DNA from: Octopus sinensis
Lineage: Eukaryota
Direction: 5' to 3'
Length of the DNA stretch: 64,000 nt
Assembly (NCBI RefSeq): GCF_006345805.1
Contig: NC_043001.1
Coordinates: 116,436,001 to 116,500,000, forward strand
Shown here: piece after piece, positions 53,780-64,000 of the stretch
Layout: every line of letters starts with the position of its first letter
Position numbering within the stretch: position 1 is the first letter of the stretch
Notes under the pieces: model-generated
Database searches by the model: none
Told to the model about the DNA's origin: nothing
The model's input: only the letters and a program-made list of their open reading frames with translations
Made by a program: the position numbers and the translations under genes

Positions 53780-55384
53780 TATCACAACTGTTATAAGAGA
53801 ACAGTCACGATGAAATCTAGTCAGATCATATATCAGCTATCATGATCGAGATATTTCAGTGTGTGTGAGTGTGTGTGTGTGAGTAAGAGATTGAGAGTGT
53901 GTATGTTTGTGTCTCCCTGTCTTAACATCTTGTGATAATTGTAAATGATTGTCACTGTCATAAACTGTCTTTCATCTCCAATATTCTGCAAAAACATGTC
54001 TGGCCATGAGGAAATGTTACCTTTCTTGAAAACAAGTGAGACTTGGTAACAGGAAGGACATATGGCTATAAAAATTCTGCCTCAATAAATTCTGTCCAAC
54101 CCATGCAAGCATGGAAAAGTAAATGTTAAAATTATTTATTGATTTTGAAACATGTATTTGCAGAGAAGCAAGATTTTTGTCAGTAGAAACTATAAAGACC
54201 CACCTGGTTTAGCTGAAATAGAATAAAATAGTGTGAAACTAGAATAAATTTTGAGAAATTTGAACTTTTATCAGTTAGGGGGTTAGGGGAAAATTCATGT
54301 AAAGGAAATGAATTATGGAAAAGCAGAGTTGTATGTGACCCTAATTTATACAAACCATAAGAAAACAGAAACACATAGTAGTTTACTATGTAAAATCTGT
54401 GTGATTCATGTTGAAAAAAATTAGCATATAGTTGTTGTAAGAAACCATAGGTGAGTGCCAGAATGATGCAGTTTTCAGGATGAAGAACATTAGAGACTGA
54501 ATTATTTAACTTTTCGGAAAGTGAGATGATATTGGAGAAAACAAAGTAAAAAAACTTGTAGCTAATGTACCACTTGGACAAGTTTTATGGACAGATAGGA
54601 TGGAAATGAAAGGTTTAAAATTTTGATAGTCATTGTTCTTTTCATTTTCTGTTATTTATTCCAGACAGATGTTCTCTTTGTATTTTTAGAATAATTTTTA
54701 AATGCAAAAAAGAAAAAAAAGAACCATTCTATATATAATTTGACTACTAACAAATTGAAAGGCCAACATGATCTCATCAATTTTTACTGAATTTCAGAAA
54801 GAAAAAAAAAAGTTAACCATCCCACCAATTTAAAATTTGTCAGTTAATTGTGAGAGTAGCAGTAATCCTCTATGAGACTGCTTCTGGAACATTTATCTAG
54901 CTGTGTCATTTGTACAAACAGTGACAGACTCAGCACTATTCTCCCATAATGCCAATAGACCAACGATAGCTTTGATTGCAAAAGGTGATTGCATTGGTGC
55001 ACATTATTGGATAGGACAATGTGTAATACTGTTTGAACCAAAATGTTAAACTCTGTTAGGTCATGACAATGTCATGCTGAAGGCTTTTATTGATGCTCTC
55101 AGTAGCAATAGTCTACAACATGATGTCTGAATGCTAATCTATTTTGTTAAGGATGCAAAACCAAATGTCCAAAACCTGAACTGAATTTTGGCCATAATTA
55201 AAAGCTTGATTCATTTGCATTCAAAACTCAATGAACTTGATAATTGCAATATTACTGACTCAGTCATCACAGTTAAATTCCAATGACTGTTTGATAATAA
55301 TTTATACAAGATAACATTGTAACATTGAAAATATGTCTCACAGATTTTTGGTTATTGTCCATGTACAAAAACACTCTTACTTAC

Positions 55385-55632
55385 CTGACATTGTCAAAAT
55401 TGACAGGATCAACTTGGAGATTTCCTTACAATTTCCACAGTCACTTCTTTAATTTAGTTTCCCTTTTATATTATATGCATTGGATATCTGTGCTGGATAG
55501 GTTTGGCTATTTGTACTCAATTTCAAACAAACCAAACTGGTTCACTGTTTTGCCAATGGTGAAAAGTTTGTACTAGGTTTGTTATTCATGTTCATTTAAA
55601 GCTGATCTTTTTTTTTCAAAAGATGAAGATGA
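55385..55632 (-). other. Candidate spliced exon (5' UTR plus ATG TCA G)
   Basis: Acceptor ttgttctttctcag, donor CAG|GTAAGT, acaATG at 55391; no downstream exon could be confirmed. Confidence 0.3.
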
Positions 55633-56189
55633 CTGAGAAAGAACAATGTCAAACTAAATGACTAAAATTATACACTTATATGGTTATGTTTACAATCCTT
55701 ATTTTCTGCTTTATCTGTTTAGGAGTGGTAAAATAAATACCAGTACTACACAAGAGGCAAATAAATTTATTATATAATTAGCATTGTGTCTAATTAAGAG
55801 AAACATTACTATATTTTTTAACAAGGCATGTTTCCTAATGAGGAAATAAAAATCATTAGTTTTACTTTCCAAATAGATACGTCAACATCAGGAAGAAGAA
55901 CGCAACTCTAAAACTGTTTTCACCAGCAAGGCAAATATTTCTTAGAAACATGTGTCTCCTGTAAGTGTCAACATTTGAAGATAATTAGTCGACATCAATA
56001 TGTAAAAAAAGATGCAAAATATTTTTAATATTGCTAACATCATCTACATGTATATAAATTTATGTATACACATGTAGATATACATGCATACATTATATTC
56101 AAATAGACATCTAAATATATGCAAACATTTATGAGAACAATTACAACCAAGTGCATGTTTATATATATATATTATATATATATATATAT

Positions 56190-56588
56190 AATACACATGC
56201 ACACAGGTGCATGGTAAATTGTCACCATTTTGGTTTTTTTTATTTCGTGCATACCCACTGTTTGTTTTTGATTTTCAACTATACAGTATGGTAGAGTCAT
56301 ACACAATTTACTCTGACTAGAAATTTGGAACCACATACTGTAACTGCTTGACATTCATGCCAGAAGCTCCAACCAACATTTCAGAGTGTTTGGATGTCAA
56401 TCCCATCCCCATCCACTGAACATGTTTTGGCTTTTCTCAGGCGAGATTTAAAATTCTGCAGGATCAAATGTGAACACCAGAACCGTTTGCTTTGCCATGG
56501 TCCCCAAAACATGTATCAGAGTGATAAAAATCAAACATCCCTCAACACATGGTATGACTGCTTTGACATTCCATGCCAGAAGCTTCCA
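56190..56588 (+). mobile_element. Duplicate of the 5' part of the maT element at 59643
   Basis: Colinear with 59630-59998, differing mostly by single-base indels. Confidence 0.85.
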
Positions 56589-59357
56589 CTCTTTGAACCC
56601 CCCTCTTCAATACGCTATTTCACCATGATTAGCCCTTCTCTCGATATCCTACGTTATATTGCTAGAAGAACCTGTCCTCTGACCACCACCCCTCCCACTG
56701 GTGCTCCCCTATATTTGCACCCCCCCACCACCATTATAGGTGTCTACTCTTTGAACCCCCCTCTTCAATACGCTATTTCCATGCATTACCCTCTCTCGAT
56801 ATCCTACGTTCTACTTGCCTAGAACCTGTACTCTGAACCACCCCTCCCACTGGTGCTCCCTATATTTCTGCACCCCCCCACCACCATTATAGGTGCTACT
56901 CTTTGAACCCCACTCTTCAATACGCTATTTCACCATGACATTAGCCCTCTCTCGATATCCTACGTTCTACTTGCCTAGAACCTGTCCTCTGAACACCCCT
57001 CCCACTGGTGCTCCCCTATATTCTGCACCCCCCCACCAACATTATAGGTGTCTACTTTGAACCCCCTCTTCAATACGCTATTTCACCATGCCATTAGCCC
57101 TCTCTCGATATCCTACGTTCTACTTGCCTAGAACCTTGTCCTCTGAACCACCCCTCCACTGGTGCTCCCCTATATTTCTGCACCCCCCACCACCATTATA
57201 GGTGTTATACTCTTTTGAACACACTTCTTCAATACGCCTATTTCACCATGCTTACCCCTCTTCGATATCCTACGTTCTACTTGCTAGAACCTGTCCTCTG
57301 AACCACCACCACCCCTCCCACTGGTGCTCCCCATATATTTCTGCACCCCCCACCACCATTATAGGTGTCTACTCTTTGAACCCCCTCTCAATACGCTATT
57401 CACCATGCATTACCCCTCTCTCGATATCCTACGTTCTACTTGCCTAGAACCTGTCCTCTGAACCACCCCTCCCACTGGTGCTCCCTATATTCTGCACCCC
57501 CCACCACCATTATAGGTGTCTACTCTTTGAACCCCCCTCTTCAATACGCTATTTCACCATGCATTAGCCCTCTCTCGATATCTAGTTCTACTTGCCTAGA
57601 ACCTGTCTCTGAACCACCCCTCCCACTGGTGCTCCCCTAGATTCTGCACCCCCCCACCACCATTATAGGTGTTACTCTTTGAACCCCCCTCTTCAATACG
57701 CTATTTCACCATGCATTACCCTCTCTCGATATCCTACGTTTACTTGCCTAGAACCTGTCCTCTGAACCACCCCTCCCACTGGTGCTCCCATATTTCTGCA
57801 CCCCCCCACCACCATTATAGGTTGTCTGACTTTGAACCCCCTCTTCAATAGCTATTTCACATGCATTAGCCTCTCTCGATATCCTACGTTCTACTGCCTA
57901 GAACCTGTCCTCTGAACACCCTCCACTGTTGCTCCCCTATATTTCTGCACCCCCCCACCACCATTATAGGTGTCTACTCTTTGAAACCCCCCTTTCAATA
58001 CGCTATTTCACCATGCATTACCCCTCTCTCGATATTCATACGTTCTACTTGCTAGAACCGGTCCTCTGAACACCCCTCCCACTGGTGCTCCCCTATATGC
58101 TGCAACCCCCACCACCATTATAGGTGTCACTCTTTGGACCCCCCTCTTCAATACGGATTATTTCACCATGCATTAGCCCTCTCTCGAATCCTACGTTCTA
58201 CTTGCCTAGAACCTGTCCTCTGAACCACCCCTCCCACTGGTGCTCCCCTATATTTCTGCACCCCCCACCACCATTATAGGTGTCTACTCTTTGAACCCCC
58301 TCTTCAATACGCTATTTCACCATGCATTACCCTCTCTCGATATCCTACGTTCTACTTGCCTAGAACCTGTCCTCTGAACCACCCCTCCACTGGTGCTCCC
58401 CTATATTTCTGCACCCCCCCACCACCATCTATAGGTGTCTACTCTTTGAACCCCCCTCTTCAATACGCTATTTCACCATGCATTAGCCCTCTCTCGATAT
58501 CCTACGTTCTACTTGCCTAGAAACCTGTCCTCTGAACCACCCCTCCCACTGGTGCTCCCCTATATTCTGCCCACCCCCCACCACATTATAGGTGTCTACT
58601 CTTTGAACCCCCCTCTTCAATACGCTATTTCACATGCATTACCCTCTCTCGATATCCTACGTTCTACTTGCCTAGAACCTGTCCTCTGAACCACCCCTCC
58701 ACTGGTGCTCCCCTATATTTCTGCACCCCCCCACACCATTATAGGTGTCTACTCTTGTGAACCCCCTCTTCAATACGCTATTTCACCATGCATTACCCTC
58801 TCTCGATATCCTACGTCTACTTGCCTAGAACCTGTCCTCTGAACCACCCCTCCCACTGGTGCTCCCCTATATTTCTGCACCCCCCCACACCATTATAGGG
58901 GTCTACTCTTTGAACCCCCTCTTCAATACGCTATTCACCATGCATTACCCCTCTCTCGATATCCTACGTTCTACTTGCCTAGAACCTGTCCTCTGAACCA
59001 CCCCTCCCACTGGTGCTCCCCTATATTTCTGCACCCCCCCACCACCATTATAGGTGTCTACTCTTTGAACCCCCCTCTTCAATACGCTATTTCACCATGC
59101 ATTACCCCTCTCTCGATATCCAACGTTCTACTTGCCTAGAACCTGTCCTCTGAACCACCCTCCAACTGGTCTGCCCCTATATTTCTGCACCCCCCCACCA
59201 CCATTATAGGTGTCTACTCTTTGAACCCCCCTCTTCAATACGCTATTTCACCATGCATTAGCCCTCTCTCGATATCCTACGTTCTTTTACTTGCCTAGTA
59301 CCTGTCCTCTGAACCACCCCTCCCACTGGTGCTCCCCTATATTTCTGCACCCCCCCA
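56589..59357. repeat. Tandem array, 18 units of ~155 bp (last partial)
   Basis: ctttgaacc anchors at about 56591, 56749, 56901 ... 59063, 59219; mean period ~154.6. Confidence 0.95.
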
Positions 59358-59597
59358 TAAAAAGCACCATCCGAACGTGGCCGATGCCAGACCCCTCTGG
59401 CACCTGTGCAGGTGGCACGTACAAAAAAACACCCACTACACTCGCGGAGTGGTGGCGTTAGGAAGGCATCCAGCTGTAGAAACACTGCCAGACTAGACTG
59501 GAGCCTGGCAGTCCCGAGCTCCCAGACCCCGGTCGAAACCGTCCAACCCATGCTAGCGCGGAAAACGGACGTTAAACGATGATGATGATGATGATGA

Positions 59598-59600
<3 letters not shown>
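59358..59600 (+). mobile_element. 5'-truncated RTE 3' end with (ATG)n tail
   Basis: ataaaaagcaccatccgaacg...gttaaacgatgatgatg. Confidence 0.88.
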
Positions 59601-59632
<32 letters not shown>

Positions 59633-59642
59633 CACATGCACA

Positions 59643-60581
59643 CAGGGTGCAATGGGTAAATTGTCACCATTTTGTTTTTTTAATTTCGTGCATACGCACT
59701 GTTTGTTTTTGATTTTGTCAACTATACAGTATGGTAGAGTCATGACACAATTTACTCTGACAGAAATTTGGAAACGACATACTGTACTGCTTGACATTCA
59801 TGCCAGAAGCTCCAACACAAACATTTCAGAGTGTTTGGATGTCAATCCCCTCCAACTGAACATGTTTTGGCTTTTCTCAGGCGAGATAAAAATTCTGCCA
59901 GGATCAAATGGTGAACACACAGAACCGTTGGCTTGCCATGTCCCCAAAACATGTATCAGGAGTGATAAAAATCAAACATCCAGTCAACATCATGGTATTT
60001 GGAGTAATCTCAAGTGATGGCAATGTTATGCCTCTATTCATCTTCAGACAGTCTCAGGATCAACACACAGGCCTACATCAATTACCTGGAGGAGCTAGTG
60101 CTGCTCTGGGTCAAGAGAGTGACTACTGGAAGACCCTATGTCTGGCAACAGGACTCTGCACCATGCCACACAAGCAGGAGAGCCCAGTCATGGCTGTCAG
60201 ACAATTTCTGCAACCACATCATCCCTAACATCTAACCACCAAACTCCCCAGAATGCAATCCCCTTGATTTATTATGTGTGGGGTTAGTGCTGAGCAAGAG
60301 ACCTACAAAATTCCTTGTAACACCAAAGATGAACTGAAGGCAAAGATTATGGCAGCATTCACCAACATAAACAAGGAGACTGTCCAGGAGAGTTGCTGGA
60401 GATTCTGAAGTCGTCTGAAGGCTGTAGTTGAAGGCAAAGGTGAGTTTATTGAACAAATTTACTCTTTAGTATTTCAAGACATTTTTATGTAATTTTGGTA
60501 AATATGTCTTTTAAAGTGAGATGTCAGTGTTATTTTCATTTTTGCATAATTTAGACAACAGTTTATTCATCCCATCCTCTG
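59643..60581 (+). mobile_element. Tc1/mariner superfamily DD37D (maT-like) defective transposon
   Basis: IMVFGVISSDG; WQQDSAPCH followed by 37 codons to NSPECNPLD (one in-frame stop); degenerate TIRs cagggtgcaatgggtaaattgtc / gacaacagtttattcatcccatcctctg. Confidence 0.85.
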
Positions 60582-60650
60582 GGGGTGTGTGAATATATAT
60601 ATATATATGAATAAATGAAAGAATGGAGTCAAATGACGATTTTAACAAAA

Positions 60651-60749
60651 TTCCTTTACTCTCGACACATGTTTCGAAGGCTGCATATTCCTAATTCCGA
60701 AGGAATAAAGGGTGCATAATGCCGCCATCTCATCAGGAAAGACAAGGAA
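60651..60749 (-). ncRNA. Type I hammerhead ribozyme, intact core, extended stem II
   Basis: ttccttgtctttc, CTGATGA, gatggc...gccttc, GAAA, c(atgt)g, TC, gagagtaaaggaa; stem I 5+6 bp around a 2x2 loop. Confidence 0.8.
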
Positions 60750-60791
60750 CTTATGTCAGCACCATGAAGAGCAAAAACTTTTAGATCACTG

Positions 60792-60835
<44 letters not shown>

Positions 60836-60841
<6 letters not shown>

Positions 60842-60985
60842 ACATAGTTGCGTGGTTAGGAAGCTTGCTTCCCAGCTACGTGGTTTTGGGTTCAGTCCCA
60901 TTGCATGGTACCTTGGGCAAGTGTCTTCTGCTATAGCCCAGGACCAACTGAAGCTTTCTAATTGAATTTGGTAGGCGGAAGTTAC
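60836..60985 (+). mobile_element. SINE family A 5' part
   Basis: Head and CORE-like segment. Confidence 0.75.
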
Positions 60986-61717
60986 TGCCATGTGTGTACA
61001 TATGTGTGTAAGCGGTTGTACCTCTCCAAGAGAGAGGGATATATATATCTATATATGAGAGAGAGCGAGAGAGAGAGAGAAAGAGAGAGAGCTATGTTTT
61101 TCTCATAATGTCAATATTATAACATTGTTCTAATATTTATTTGTGTTGAGACTGTGATTGTTTACCACCAGGTTAGTCTTGATTAAGCAAACCAATTATC
61201 AAAAGTATTTATATATATTTATATATACACATACAAATTTATATATACATATATATATACATATACATATTTATATATACATATACGTATTTATATATAC
61301 ATATATATACATATACGTATTTATATATACATATATATATATACATATATATATACATACATATATATACATATACGTCCTGGTTTTGTTATTATTGTTT
61401 TTACGTATTTTGTATTCTTATTCGTGCTATCATTATTGTTTTTATGTATTTTTGTATTTTTATTCGTGTAACATCGTCCGTTTTCCGTCCCTGTGTTGTA
61501 TACATTCGAGGCTTTCTTCCAAGGAATCTAATGCGCTTGGCTTAGATTTCCCTTGGGAGCTGCCCAGATTGGAGCAATCTCAAGATTAATCAGCCGAAAT
61601 TGCAAAGATGATCCGGTTCTTGACTGATGATTGAGGGCTTCAAATGTCCATTTCCGTGTTTTTTGTGTCATCTTCTAAATGTTTCACGTTCTTGTCCCAA
61701 TTTGTATAATTTTTTAA

Positions 61718-61749
<32 letters not shown>

Positions 61750-61795
61750 GATATATATATATAGAGAGAGAGAGAGAGGGGCATGGCAAGGGGAG

Positions 61796-62858
61796 GAACT
61801 AGAAGTAGTTAATAGCTTCCACTACCTAGGCGACCAAGTTTGTAGTGGGAGTGGTTGCTCTGAGAGTGTAGTGGCTAGAATAAGAATAGCCAGGGCAAAG
61901 CTCAGGGAGCTCCTACATCTGCTGGCAACTAAGGGCCTCTCGCTCAGGATGAAAGGTAGACTGTATGATGCATGCATGCAAACTGCCATGCTACATGGCA
62001 GTGAAACATGAGCCATGAATGATGAGGACCTGCGTAGGCTTGAAAGAAATGAAGCTAGTATGATCCGCTGGATGTTTAATGTCAGTGTGCATACACAACA
62101 GAGTGTAAGCACCCTGAGAGAAAAGTTGGGCATAAGAAGCATCAAATGTGGTGTGCAAGAGAGATGACTGCACTGGTGTGGTCATGTGTTATGTATGGAT
62201 GAGGACAGCTGTGTGAGGAAGTGTCACTTCCTAACTGTGGAAGGAACCTGTGGAAAAGGTAGACCCAGGAAAACATGGGATGAGGTGTTGAAGTGTGATC
62301 TTCAAACACTGGGCCTCACAGAGGCAATGACAGGAGACTGTGACCTTTGGAGATATGCTGTGATTGAGAAAACCCAGCAACAAAAGGGAAATCGCAACCA
62401 TGGCCTATGCCAGTGTTGCATGTCCGGCCCATTTAAGAGTACTCCTGATGCATTGGGTGATATGATATGCTTAAAAAGACCAGTTGAGTGAAGTAAAACC
62501 AAAATCATAGCTGTGGCCAGTGCCCCCTGACTGGCTCCCATTCCAGTGGCACATAAAAAGAACCCTCCGAATGTGGCTGATGCCAGTACTCCCTGACTGG
62601 CACCCGTGCCAGTGGCATATAAAAAGCACCATCCGAATGTGATCGATGCCAGGCCTACCTGACTGGCTTCTGTGCCGGTGGCACATAAAAAGTACCCACT
62701 ACACTCTTGGAGTGGTTAGCATTAGGAAGGGCATCCAACTGTGGAAACATTGCCAGATCAGATTGGAGCTTGGTGCAGCTACTGGCTTTCCAGACCTCAG
62801 TCAAATCGTCCAGCCCATGCCAGCATGGAAAACAGATGTTAAACGATGATAACAATGA
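61796..62858 (+). mobile_element. 5'-truncated RTE LINE: ORF C-terminus plus complete 3' UTR
   Basis: YLGDQV..KGRLYDACMQTAMLHGSET..ERNEASMIRWM..GRPRKTWDEV..LWRYAV, then subrepeats and gttaaacgatgat. Confidence 0.92.
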
Positions 62859-63855
62859 TGATTCTAGTTGTGAGCAACCAATCTTTGTTTAAGATGTTAT
62901 AATGTATTTAGGACTACATTGCCCTTGATATACACAGCCAACCTTTTTAAAATGGTAGGATGGAATTTGAGGAAGATTTGGTTCTTGTGATACAAAGGGT
63001 GGGTTGTAGAGGTCTACAATATATCATTGATATCATCAGTTTAATGTCATCTCAGCTATCTAGTAAAATAATCCAAAATGTTTTAATGATTTCTTTCCAC
63101 ATATTTCATAAACTACATCTCTTATTAGTTCAGCAATACAGAATGTGGTTTTATCAAATTAAGAAAGGAAATCTCAATGTGGTTGCTCCACCTGGCAGAA
63201 ATAGTAGTCAAATCTTCTTTAAACCACACCCAATTGTTTTGTATTTTTTTAAGAGCCTCTGTCAGTCAAGGTTGATCATGCTATCTACAGCCAACTGCAC
63301 AAACCTCAGCAAGATTTTTTAAAGACAAACTTGCAGCTTCCCTCTCTTTATACTATGATGTCGGTCCAAGGGAAAGCCCACCAACTTGGACAGATAAAGT
63401 TTGGCACAAGGACCATCAAAGGTATTGCTGTCAGAATGTAAAGATCTGGGACACATACTACAAGGTACCTTGCCTGATCATCTAACAGCTCTACAAATCC
63501 TTTATCCTGAGTTGGTAAATTTTTTATTGACCCTGCAAGGATGAAAGGCAAAGTTGACTTTGGCATGATTTGAACTCAAATCACAGAGTTAGAACAAATA
63601 CCATAAAGCATTGTTTCCAATGCTCTAATAACTGCCATTTTACGGCTTTCAAATGCCTTTAACAAATTTTTTTTAAAATGACTATCCAATCCATTTTTTC
63701 CAGACATAGTATATCAAGGACTACAAGTGGATAATGATAAAGAAAGGAAGGCAGATAGACTGCTTAGCCCCAGGTCAGTCCTATGAACTAAGGCATTCCA
63801 ATCATGATCACCCAGTCTTTTTATATTTTCTCCACACGGTATATAAGAACCATAA

Positions 63856-64000
63856 GGCGGCGAACTAGCAGAATCGTTAGCACGTCGGGCGAAATGCTTA
63901 GTGGTATTTCGGCTGCCGTTACGTTGTGAGTTCGAATTCCGCCTAGGTCGACTTTGCCTTTCATCCTTTCGGGGTCGATAAATTAAGTACCAGTTAAGCA
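63856..64000 (+). mobile_element. SINE family B (runs off window end)
   Basis: ggcggcgaactagcagaa head, gagttcgaattcc B box, gcctttcatcctttcggggtcgataaattaagtaccag. Confidence 0.88.

Noticed and set aside
55875-55962. gaaa-catgt-gtc-tcctg with upstream cagga
   Set aside because: The 5' core is missing (caggaagaaga) and stem II does not close next to GAAA.
56589-59357. CRISPR-like or HHR-retrozyme array
   Set aside because: Units are wholly repeated with no unique spacers; no CUGANGA/UUGANAA plus GAAA core could be assembled on either strand.
62960-63322. 120-aa ORF
   Set aside because: Starts in a dispersed repeat, has no recognisable domain, and no splice support.

Overview
AT-rich, repeat-saturated animal genomic DNA. 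The tRNA-derived SINE families, RTE tails and microsatellite load look like an octopus (cephalopod) genome; that is inferred from repeat recognition and not checked against a database. I cannot support any intact protein-coding gene. The supplied ORFs are translations of microsatellites or SINEs, or broken pieces of RTE, CR1, I-like, Gypsy, Penelope-like (PLE) and DD37D maT/mariner elements. The window also holds hAT, piggyBac-like, Helitron-like and long-TIR non-autonomous elements, often nested, a 16-bp minisatellite born inside a retroelement tail, and an 18-copy ~155-bp array in a stretch that looks like noisy long-read sequence. The most interesting signal is a set of type I hammerhead ribozyme (HHR) motifs in small non-coding units, mostly beside (TA)n tracts. 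One has an intact core and a long stem II (60651-60749, minus). Two carry a compensatory U3:A8 core variant inside a 357-nt monomer arranged as a large inverted, permuted repeat (46252-46963; candidate retrozyme or PLE pseudo-LTR). Three more are degenerate. Decayed PLE ORF relics are also present. Separately, the RTE 3' UTR appears to carry tandem H-type pseudoknots. All RNA structures were paired by hand; none was computed or tested.
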